From: Dimorphilus gyrociliatus
Taxonomy: Eukaryota; Animalia; Annelida
Assembly (NCBI GenBank): GCA_904063045.1
Contig: CAJFCJ010000022.1
Span: 310,001-374,000 of the forward strand
Direction: 5' to 3'
DNA length: 64,000 bases
Position numbers and translations under genes: made by a program. The notes under the pieces were generated by a model that saw nothing but the letters and a program-made list of their open reading frames with translations, had not been told where the DNA came from and did not search any database. Below are positions 14,117 to 24,982 of the stretch, one piece after another; positions within the stretch are counted from its first letter, which is position 1; the number at the start of each line of letters is the position of its first letter.

Positions 14117-15298
14117 ATGAACAACCGAGCAGTTTTTATTCGAATTTCTATTCTGATTTTCTTCTTCTTCTGCCTTCCTATCTATATTATAAAACAGAGT
14201 GGTCTCATCTCTACTCCTAATATAAAGCTGCTTAAAGAACCTAAAAATAAAATAGTACAACCAATTATCATTAAGCATTCCACTAACAAATTACAACCAG
14301 AATCAGACAAGTTAACACTTTCGGAAGAGTCGAAAAATGGCTACTTACCGAAACTTTTAGATGATGCCTTAAATAATCAGAATACATCAGGATTCCTTAT
14401 AGGAAATGCCACTTTCTTAAAATGGATGCCTTATGAAAGAGATGTAGAGTTACGAGTAATTGTTCTAGCTTATAATCGTCCAAAATCTTTGCTCAAGTGC
14501 CTTAAGAGTCTTTCAGCTGCTAATTATTTAAAAGATAAAGTTGCGATAGACGTTTGGATTGACAGGAATAAAAAAGATCAATCTGTTCATGAAGAAACGT
14601 TAAAAGCTGCCAAATCATTTGAATTTCCTCCGCATATCTCCTATAAAGTTAGAGTACAGGAACATCATAGGGGAATTCTTGGTCAATGGGTTAATACCTG
14701 GAGACCGGGAATCAACTCTAAAGAGGTAGGATTAATACTAGAAGATGATTTATCTGTATCAAGCATATTTTGGCTTTGGTTAAAAGCCGTCACTAGAAAA
14801 TATCGTTATAAAACTGATGTTAGCGGCTATAGCCTTTCTAAGCCATCAATGGCACACGCTCACGGTGGATTGTTATTTGTGCCCGACAATGCTTGGACCT
14901 ATATGTACAGATTAATATGCACGTGGTCTTTCTCACCTCATCCAGAGTCATGGAGAAACTTTCAAAAGAGTTTTTACATTTCAGAACATACAAAAGGATA
15001 TGAGCCACAAGTTTCTGGTGTCCTACCTTCCCAATGGTGGAAAGGTGAACAGAAAAAAGGAAAAGAGCGAGACTTGTGGGAGATGTGGCACATTGCATTT
15101 GCCCACGAAGCCAAACAGTTTACAGTTTTGTTAAATACACATCAGGAAGGTTTGTTGGCAGTAAATAGAAGAGAAGTAGGTTTACATGACAGTGGTGGTC
15201 AAGTAGAATCACTATGTAACGATTGGAATGATATGTTTGAGAAAATACCCGAGAAACCTATAAAATTAGATTATGATGGAACAATTATGAAAAATTAA
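14117..15298 (+). CDS. Intronless type II membrane GT-A fold (GT2-like) glycosyltransferase, 393 aa
   Basis: Single ORF. N-terminal signal anchor (AVFIRISILIFFFFCLPIYII), a stem region, then the GT-A nucleotide-binding start VIVLAYNRPKSLLKCLKSL and the acidic metal-binding motif GLILEDDLSVS. Confidence 0.88.
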   Translation: MNNRAVFIRISILIFFFFCLPIYIIKQSGLISTPNIKLLKEPKNKIVQPIIIKHSTNKLQPESDKLTLSEESKNGYLPKLLDDALNNQNTSGFLIGNATFLKWMPYERDVELRVIVLAYNRPKSLLKCLKSLSAANYLKDKVAIDVWIDRNKKDQSVHEETLKAAKSFEFPPHISYKVRVQEHHRGILGQWVNTWRPGINSKEVGLILEDDLSVSSIFWLWLKAVTRKYRYKTDVSGYSLSKPSMAHAHGGLLFVPDNAWTYMYRLICTWSFSPHPESWRNFQKSFYISEHTKGYEPQVSGVLPSQWWKGEQKKGKERDLWEMWHIAFAHEAKQFTVLLNTHQEGLLAVNRREVGLHDSGGQVESLCNDWNDMFEKIPEKPIKLDYDGTIMKN

Positions 15299-16370
15299 TG
15301 AAATAGTAAAAGAATGACAAGACAGTGATATCTTTCTTCGATTTTTTGTTTTATGCCATCTGTACTCGTGTTTTTTAATACGTTTTTTCAACTTCTTTAT
15401 ATGCACAATATACGAAAAACGATGAGTATATAAAAGCAATACCGTTCAAACATAACTCTATAAAGTTAAGTACTTGTAAGAAACCAACACTATTGGCAAT
15501 GAATACGTCAAGGAATCTTTTACTGTTCTTTTTTTTATTAATAATTTATAGATTTATTACAAGTAAAAAACCTTCTATCGGAAGAAAATTGATAAAAAGA
15601 GTAGATGAAATCTTTCTTGAAGCTTTATATATAAATATTTATATATTCTAATATATACAGTATACTCTGTATATACAAAATAATAGAATAATAGAATTAT
15701 GTTTTGTTTATTATTTATGCAGAGTATTGCAAGAGGCCATTTCGTAAAATATATAAGTCCTCTGCAGTATCTTATTTCAATGCAAATAAGGTTGTACTCT
15801 CATTAATATTCTACATAGCATATGTTCTCCCTCTGCATAATCCTCTTAAATTACCCGGTCGCAGTACATTTTTGGCAATGAAGTCTTTCATTCAACTGAA
15901 ATCAATAAAATTGTCGAGCTTGTTTATTAGGCCCATTTCATATACAAATCCAGGAGGAATTCTCATGCGCTTATAAATTATTGCCATTCATCTGGAAGAG
16001 TAAACAAGTGCAAATGAATAACGGATCCTTCCTTCTCTTCCTCTTCCTCTTCTTAACCTCCTTTTTTTCTAAGAAATTCTCCAACTTCGAATAAAACATT
16101 CTTTATTAATCACATTAATTTCTTATAATTCATTTATTATTTACCCCCCTTCTAATGAGTTCTCTCCTCTTTATCATATAAAATTTAAAGAAACGTCTTG
16201 CTCTTCGCCTTCTTCTACATTTATTTGATATATTTAGTTATACTTTTATTAGGTCCTTTCTCTCTCATTTTGATGCAATGCGGTACTCTGAAACTTGACA
16301 CTTTTTGTCGCGTCAGTCACCTGACTGTTAATTTATTGTTTTGATGAGGGATTTGTAATTCCCCATTGCG

Positions 16371-16577
16371 TGACGTAAATTTTTGCTATGGAACATTTTA
16401 GCTTAATACAGAACTTGTCAGCTTTTTTACACAGATGTATAAAAAGGACATGTCACGTAATGTAACGAAGAGAGGCAATGCAAGTTACGTTTACTCTATA
16501 ATTGCCTTAAATTACTAATGCACTAAAATGAGGAAAAGCCGCTGGCATGGTATATTTATTAGATATGATCACGTGAT
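16371..16577. promoter_or_regulatory. Cluster of ACGT-core (bZIP/bHLH-type) motifs
   Basis: TGACGTAA at 16371, TCACGTAA at 16453 and palindromic ATCACGTGAT at 16568 in a locally GC-richer non-coding stretch. The target gene is unknown. Confidence 0.3.
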
Positions 16578-19500
16578 AGTTAATTGGGCTGTATTCTTCC
16601 ACAAGGGGAATTTTTGCTATAATCACGAACAATTACGAGTGATAAGAGGGTGATAATGTTTTCCGTTCTACTAATAATAAAATAGGCGACAGCTAATGTC
16701 AATAATAACTTAATTCCTTTTAAACAAGAAGGAATAAGAGAAAACAAAGATGCTACTCTTTTTCCCTGTCTAATTTTAATAAAAGACTAATTAAATGCTT
16801 ATTCGACCATTGTCTTCTTTATCAGTTTTATGCACCCTTTGTCCTTTTTCAATTATTAACTCGAAAATTTAATTATTTCTCGATTAGCATTAGAACGCGA
16901 CAAGCTTTTCCCCGGACTCTATCTATGAATATTTCCTAGCCTCCAAGCTTACTTTATCTCGATATGCAGTAGCTTTATACCATATTCGGTAACGATTATC
17001 GTAAAAACCCTATAATTACGGAGAGAATCTAATAAATATCATAAAAAAACTCAATCAATTCATACTGCAAAATAGGAGAGAGTGCGTGGAAAGGGCGCGA
17101 GTACTTAGCGGGCGAGAGTAGCCCATCCTGTTAGCTATTCACAAAGTTGATAATTTGGGAATTTTTCCTACAACATAAGCGGAAGCGCTTGAGCTGATAT
17201 AGACGAACGTAGAGGGGATAAGAATAATTAGAGTGAATACTCTTTATTATTATATAATCTACGAAGAAATATGGAATCATGGGAGAATAGAAACTGATTA
17301 ACGTGACGAATAGAGAACGGGAAGGGGGAGGGGAGAGGATATAAAGAGAGAGCAGGGTGAGGGGAAAAGTGCAGGACAGTTGGGAGAGGAAGATAGAGGA
17401 TTGCAAAAGGGATTTAATATATAAGTAAGATAACCTCAAATAATTCGAATCTCTTATGATGACGTATAATAGATTATACAAACAACTTTTGCTGACCGAA
17501 TGATCAACAAAAGCCTAAATTAATAATTGAATTTCAATTTCAATTACTCTTCAAAGATTTTTTCATTTGTTAGAGTTGCAATATTTGTAAATCTAAATGT
17601 AAAATTTTTCCTTCTTTCCGAGAGCAGAGGAGGAAGAAAGAAAGAAAGAGAGAGAGGGAGAGTCAACTATTGAATTTAAATCGATAGGTATTATTTCATA
17701 AATTATACATTGAACAGTTCTCAGCTTAACCAAGGGATTTTTTTATGTTTTATTACAAAATAATAAAAATGATCTCTGGTTAGTTTGTGTTGAGTTTTTC
17801 TAATAAATAATCCATGTTTTATTGCCTTTTGTATTAGTATTTTTACTTTCATGTATTATGTAGGAAGTTAATTCGACACCTTTAAAAAGTTAATTAGGTC
17901 TTTTTGTTCATTGCCTTTGCATTTCAAGGAAATTCACAAGCTTGAAAATAATGTCGAGGTTAATTGATTCAGACGTTATTGAATCAGGTAAAGCGCCAGT
18001 TGGGAAGATTTATGATTCAACGTTCAGATTTGTTAGAAAGCTAATATTTCACTAGAAAGATTTTTAATTGAGCAGTACTAACAGTAATAAAATAATTTAT
18101 AACATCAGAATATATGGCAGGAGTTTAATTGATTAAATGCCGATAATTTTCCCAACTTCAACCTTTACATGAAATTAGACTTAAAAGGTGAAAACTCAGT
18201 TGTAAGGCTTATTACACAGTGATAAAGTGCTATTTACTGTTTGTGTCTAGGAAACAAATAAGCTTGTTATTATCGCCTGACTATGGCATTTTAATAGAAA
18301 AGAGAGAGGAGAGAAAGAGGTACAAAAAAAAATATTCTCACGCTTTCTTTTGTAATAGTATAAAGAGAGGGAAAAAATTCTAACAATTATGTAAATTTTT
18401 AACTCAACCGGAAAGCGTATGGCTTTAGCTTAAGCTGCGAAAAATCTTTCAGGGAGAAAAAAGGGAAAGAGGGATCTTTAAATATTGTAAAAAGAATTTT
18501 TTTTCCTATTTTTCTTTATAAAGGAAAAGCAGTATTCTCTGAGGCCTAAGATCAATCAATAAAAAGATTGAAATGATACTCTGCAAAAGAGGGAAATATC
18601 TTATAAGGAGCGATGAAATATCCAGCTAGAAAATTTATTTGATAGTCTAAGTTCATGGGTCACACGAATGAAATATTCAAGTTGTTTTGCTTGTCTATGA
18701 ATAGCTCTTCTTATCTCTTTTTCCAGAAGTCATTAATATCTACCAGAAGATGGAATAATCATCTAGTTGACTAAAATGTCGCCAAAAAGAGGAATACACT
18801 CCGGAATGACAGCCGAAGGCTTCACCCATCCCCGGACACTCATTAGACGCCTCCCGAAATTCCTAGAATATATAATGAAGCCAGTTGTAAGGCGCGTTGA
18901 GCATCCACGAAACAGATAGTGGCGTCTGGCATTTATGAATATTTGATGGAGAACGCATTACGGTCAATAGACGAAGAATGTGCGACAAACTAGTTTGGCC
19001 ACGACGCTTTGCAATAGCCGGCTGGAAACTGACCGGAATATCGAATGAAGCGTCTATTGTTCGCTTTTAGACGCCTAGCCTTATTCGATTTGCTTTATTT
19101 CATTTAGATGGAATGCCGCTTTCATTTAGTGACCTTTATATTTTAGATTATGTAAAAGAAATAAATTTCTCTCAATTATTCTCTTTGTCTCCCTTTAATG
19201 ACAATCACATTTGCTCTTTTTCCCACTCGGCATCTCACTCTTTCTCTTTCTTCTTACAGATGATTTCAGCCTATACAACGACAATATCAGTAAAGAAAGG
19301 ACAGCCAACTTTAATAATCTTTCCTCTAAGAAGTCTGCAAATAGAATACTATTTCCTTTTATTTCACTATAAAAATATACTAACGCCACCTATTGATACT
19401 ACGATAAATATGTTTAAAGGTGTTTCTACTTATCCTACCAAAATGAAGAAACGTAAAGTTAATCACCATAAAGGAAATTTTCTCCTTTGAAATTCAGCCT

Positions 19501-19704
19501 AAAGAAGTTGTTGAAATATTAGAAGTGATTTTTAGGCTAAATAATCAAGAGCTTGGTAGTCTAATTGATCTTTGACAAACAAACGTTGACATCCTGAAGA
19601 GAAATGCTGCCAGTAATAAAATTTTTACATGAGAAAGGAGCTATTTGTTTATTAGTAATTTTTTTTATATAGTTAGGCGAGCAAATTAATTAAATATGAT
19701 TATG

Positions 19705-19816
19705 AGAGGCAGAGAGAAAGAGAGAGAGATATATATATAGACAGACAGAGACAGAGAGGGCGATAGAGAACTGGAGAGATAGAGGGAGAGACAGAGACAG
19801 AGAGAGAGAGAGAGAG
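19705..19816. repeat. Compound GA/GACA/TA microsatellite
   Basis: Direct reading: mixed gagaga, atatat and gacaga runs. Confidence 0.9.
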
Positions 19817-21812
19817 TGAAAGAAGGAGATTTATGTCCACATTGTATATTTCCGCTTAAACAGTTTTTTAATCTTTGTATTTGCTTTTTGTAAATAAAAG
19901 ATCAAATCTCTTCAATTAGTAATTAAGGAAGGGAGTTATTAAACTTTCCAGTCCGAATCAGTATCAAATATCAATAAATTTTTTACTGTTTTTCTATTTG
20001 ATTGAATAAATATTGGACAGGGAAATATTGTAAAACTTCAATAAATGCATGTCAAGCCTTTGAAACATCATGAAAGAAAATTAATCACGTACTAATCTTC
20101 TTAATATTTTTTAGCTTGTAATTCGTTAAAATACAATAATACAGTTTTTATACTATAAAGAAAAAAACTAATAACAATAATAGTAATAATAAAAACGACT
20201 AACGCCTTTTATCCAGATTGTTAAGAACTGAAAGATTTACAGACTCACTTGGGCGTTAAACGTCACAATTTATAAGAGCTTTTCATCAGGATTTTTCAAA
20301 GGTTTCTTGAGATGAATCTGATAAAAAGAAATATTCTGCTCGAAAAGAAAAAAAATGGAAATAAATTATTCTAATGACCAATCAACTATTGGTTTCCTCG
20401 ACTAATTTGATTGTTTAGAATGAATTTGTGACTTGTGGTTTTTCATTAGGCACACATTTCCGCTGTGTTTTACTCACAATATGGCTAAGCTACATCTGTT
20501 GACGTTTAATATCTGTTGTGTAAACACTCTACAATATAACTAGAGAATTTATCGTTTCTGAGTAAAGGTTGTTTATAGGAAATTAGATACATAAAACAAT
20601 TCTCTTTGTCTCACTTGCCCTACCGGGGGAAATTTTCTCGTAACAAAGGAGAAAATATTCTCCCTTTTTCTCATTAGCCGTCTCAAGATACGTAACATTA
20701 GGGCTATTAGCTAATTAGCTGTTTTAATAATATATATTGACTATAAAACAGATATGCGAAGGGATAAGAGTTCAATTTGTATATATACAGAACAAGTAGC
20801 ATATTTTCATTGTTACTAAAAAAAACAACAACTATTGAAGCAATTTTGCACGTTTCTTTCACCAATTATGAGTAATTGCTTTGCTTTTCTTTTCCAAATG
20901 AGTTCTCTATCTGTTTTTAAACCTCATCATCTAATAAAGAGATCTTTTGTCTCACAGAGTCATCAATCTGCTTTTAGGCAGCTTTCACTATCAACAAAAC
21001 TAACATAAAAATTCTTTTTCCCACTTATAACAAATAGAGCATTTAAAATTAATTTACCAGTTTAGCATCACCAATTGCTTTTGCTGCACGACTTTGAGAA
21101 AAAATAACAAATTGCCTTGTTAGAAGATAATTTAAAACAGTAGATGGCGTAGTATATTATATATATACAATATATATACGTATTATCCAATAACGATTCT
21201 ATAAAAAGTGTTTACTTAACGATTATCTTTTTTACATTAAAACCAATGCAAGATCCGTATAGAAAGCCCCGAAAATATCTACCGAATTAGTAGAAAATAT
21301 ATAAATAGGAGAAAAAAATGGGACTGGGAAATAAAACAAAATAACTCAATATGTCTCTCTTTATTCCAGTAAAGAATTAGGGTTTGTGTGAGAGAAAGTA
21401 GAGAGGAAAAAAAGAGAGAGAGAGAGAGAGAGAAAGTGAGGGAGGAGCAAAACAGAGTAACTACGATGGAAAGAGAGCAAAAAGCAATTAAGAAAAAGAG
21501 CTGGTAGACGAAAAGAAGAAAAGGTTGAAAGAAGGAGTGAAAAAGACGAAAAGTTACTTTTTTATATAGTTAATCTAACGACAGAGGATTTGTATGCAAT
21601 TAAGTTGTTTTTGTTGTATAGATAATTTTCTTCCTTGATATCTTTTCGAAAGAAGAAAATACATAAAGAAAATAAAACACAAAATAATCAAATTGACATT
21701 GAAATTTAAAGAAAAGAATAAAACACAACAACAGCAATTTACTATGGATTGAGTAAAGATCAAAACGAAAATAAATTAAATATTAGATTAATAAGAGACT
21801 GAAAATCAATAA

Positions 21813-22815
21813 TTAATAATTAAATAAGCTAACATTCTCCATCATTTTTTGTAGGTAACGTTTAAGTAAACTTAGCAAAAGATAGCCACGACTCTGATTT
21901 ACACTCAAATCTGGATCTCTACCGCAATCAGCATAATTTGGTGGATCCAACAAATATCTATCCTTATCGGACACATATAATATCAGGTGACAAATAACTA
22001 GATAATTAACACCATTTCTTCCGTTTAATTTTTCTAATTTTGCTGACATGTTTGCGAAGGGAGAATCCTCGTATTTGCTATGGTGATCGTGATGGGCTTG
22101 AAGCCAGGCAGCTATGGCGCTCATACCTTTATGAATACTGTGAATATGTCCTTTGTTTTTTGGAGAATCAATTAGCTATGAAGGTAAATTGAAAACTCAA
22201 TAGAAAATAGCTAAAAATAACTCAAATTATTCTTGATATTTACTTTCCTAAATTGTTCGTCGATATCTCTGTATCTAGGAATATATTTTAGATAATAAGT
22301 AGAATTGCAGTTTGGATGGGCGATTGCAGAGCAGCCATTATCACCTTCTAGACAAGCGTTCAATCTTTTCAAATCAATTAGCCCCTTCTGTTGGAGAAAA
22401 GAAACTTGAATTTAGTTTTTTAATTTTTTCAATATGTGTCATCTCTCTCTCTCTCTCTCTCCCTTTCTCTCTTGCTCTCTTTCATTTCGTTAAGAATTAT
22501 CGCATCTCATAGATCACTCGAATGGCAAGTGAAAATAACAGTTAACTATAGTGAATTGATATGTATCGAGTACATTTTCATTCAGTTTTTAAATCTTATT
22601 TATTGCATTTCGAGTTGTTTCCTTTTTAATTATTTTAGTAAATACTACCCGTAATAAACATACACTTTCAAAAGTAAGATAATAATCCTATCTTCTATCA
22701 GAATTTTTCCTCTAGAGTTTTCTCTTAATCCTATAGAGTACAGAACGAAAAAAATGACTATTGCCGCTAAGATAGAAGATGACAAGGGTAGCCGAACCCG
22801 CACACTTTCAATAAT
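21813..22815 (-). CDS. Exons of an uncharacterised multi-exon gene (exact model unresolved)
   Basis: The minus frame is open for about 120 codons from a ttcatag acceptor (exon start 22175) to the stop at 21813 (LIDSPKNKG...DRYLLDPPNYADCGRDPDL...), with A/T-biased third positions. Candidate upstream exons are 22345-22387 (KGLIDLKRLNACLE) and one starting at 22815 that carries a hydrophobic segment (SSILAAIVIFFVLYSIG). No family recognised. Confidence 0.4.
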
Positions 22816-22944
22816 CTGACAAGACATAATCAATAGATTCTTATCGCTTAAACTGTACATTATCTTATTATTTATTAGTAAATGTCTATCAGTAAGGAAT
22901 ATCATCTCCCTCAAAAAGGAATCAGCGTCTCGCTAATTTCACCT

Positions 22945-22997
22945 ATAGATGGCGATGAAATCTTGTACAGTTAACTATTTATAGTTTCGCCATCTAT
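22945..22997. promoter_or_regulatory. Inverted pair of AGATGGCG (YY1/Pho-like) motifs
   Basis: ATAGATGGCGA (22945-22955) and its exact reverse complement TCGCCATCTAT (22987-22997), separated by 31 nt. Confidence 0.45.
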
Positions 22998-23648
22998 GTT
23001 ATTTTATGTAGAAACATAAGAAATAAAGGAAAAAGGAGAATACGTTAAAGCAGTAAGAATGTTATAATAAGAATTACTTATATGTTTAATTAATTAAACT
23101 AGATTAAATTGTTTAAAGTTGTATTATAGTGGAATAATACATTTCGCAGAGAGTCTTTAGGAGAAGTAATAATAGCGTTTTTTTTTGGAGCATTTTCTTG
23201 GATTATAGCTTAATTATCATTTATTCTCTCCTTATCCATTTATTCATTCGTTCATTCATTCATGCAATTCATTCATTCTTTCATTCTAATCAAAGTTTTT
23301 TAGTTTTCAAAAGTTGAAAACTTTTCTTAAATCTCTTTTAATTGTTGAAAAGAGACTGCTTATTCTAAATGTAATCGTTGTTTTTCTATTAAAAACACGT
23401 TTTAATATTTGTATAGAACACCTATAAATTTCCTTTATATCACTTTTCAGAGGAGGCGAAAAACGATTTAATAAATTTATAACAAACAAGAAATATACAT
23501 AAGAAGGATTATACGTACCGAGCCTGCTAACTGTTTAGAGAAAGAGAGTTGAAAAAGATGCATTAGGTGAATGGTTAAAGAAGAAAGAAAGAGTAAAAAG
23601 TATCTATTAACTAATTTATATGTAGATAGAGTAGTTTAAAACACTCAC

Positions 23649-23897
23649 GTAGGCTTCCAAAGAAGTCTCCACAGACTTCATTACACTTTCTATATTACCA
23701 GTCATATTTACATTACTTGTATCTGGAGTATGGGGCTTGAAAAGACGAATTTTTGACGGAATGTCGCAGGGACATTGCCATTGACTGTGGCAGTATAAAC
23801 TTCTGCTAGGGTCAATGTCAATCCTGGACGGAAGCTTTTCCAAAGCAAAGCTTCCACCACTCGACAAAATCAGGTAAAGAACAACGAAGGTGCGCAT
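23649..23897 (-). CDS. First coding exon of a secreted or type I membrane protein
   Basis: ATG followed by a signal-peptide-like MRTFVVLYLILSSGGSFA, a Cys motif CHSQWQCPC and an NMT sequon. The exon ends at a consensus GTGAGT donor (phase 0). Downstream exons are uncertain and may join the 21813-22815 exons. Confidence 0.55.
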
Positions 23898-24982
23898 ATT
23901 GTGCTTCTTCGATTAAAAGATGCACATTCTGTCTCTTTTATTGCATTTCCAACCTATGAATATGAGTCGCCACTAGTCGAATAAACAGTAATTTTTTGTG
24001 TGGGAAGTAAAAAGTTAATAACCATCAAGTTCGACCCAACGCTTATTGAAATATCTTTTCTGAAAGTTCAAATCCCTCTTTTTAGAATAAATAATAGTAT
24101 ATCTCTTAAATTTATAATTTGTTTACAGGAACAGGGTAAAATTTCCTTTCCTAGTATAATCAACATAAATAAAATTCCTCAGGTAACAACTTAACACCAA
24201 ACCCAATAAAACAATTAATTTTCTTTTATAACTTTTATTTACAAGAAGGAAAAAATAAGAGACGTTTGGTTAGTTTGTATTCTTTTTTTTTCTTTATAAA
24301 TACAGAGGGTTTTTTCTTTTTTACGCACTCTTTTCCGGAAGTAATATTTACATAATATTATTAATAATCGTTTTATGACTATTTAAAGACAGTATAATGA
24401 TAAATGAAAAAACAAGGAAGGATCTGGAAAACGTATCGAATAGTGAAGATTTCGAATGAAATACTCTTGTTAACTTTTATATCTCGATAAGAAATATGAA
24501 ATGTTTTAAATTGTAACATTCGACTGATACTTTTTAAGAAAGTATAGTTGTGTTTTTATTTTTCTTTACTATTAAAAGCTTCATTCAAAGTTGGCCAATT
24601 TTAGATTAGATGACTTGACTTTTAATCGATTTTTAGGATAAATTTTCATTAGCTCTTTTATTCTATTGTCAACTTCAGATAATTAAAGTATAAAAAAGTT
24701 TTGATTGTATATCTTTTATATTTGTTGAAAATGAAACATTCTACTGTTATCTTGTAAAAATTATTAGATAATTTAATGATAAATCGTCTCCGATTACATA
24801 GGTGGCGTAGCTTATTTACAAGTTCAACAAATGAACGGATAATCTCTTGAACATAGCTGAAGGGATTTCTTGAATGAAGCACGAAATATTTGTGAATGTG
24901 GATTATTGAACGCCAGCCGTTCAATAGAACCGGCTCAATTGTCAACACAGTTGCTAACTGTTCGTGTTAGTAGCAGAATAAA

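Noticed and set aside
15704-15976. Plus ORF of 90 aa with an antisense frame interrupted by in-frame stops (possible decayed gene)
   Set aside because: Non-ATG start and no recognisable family in either orientation.
22059-22409. Alternative plus-strand gene (RENPRICYGDRDGLEARQLW...AMK/FGWAIAEQ...)
   Set aside because: Shares third codon positions with the longer minus frame and has no phase-compatible upstream exon. Not fully excluded.
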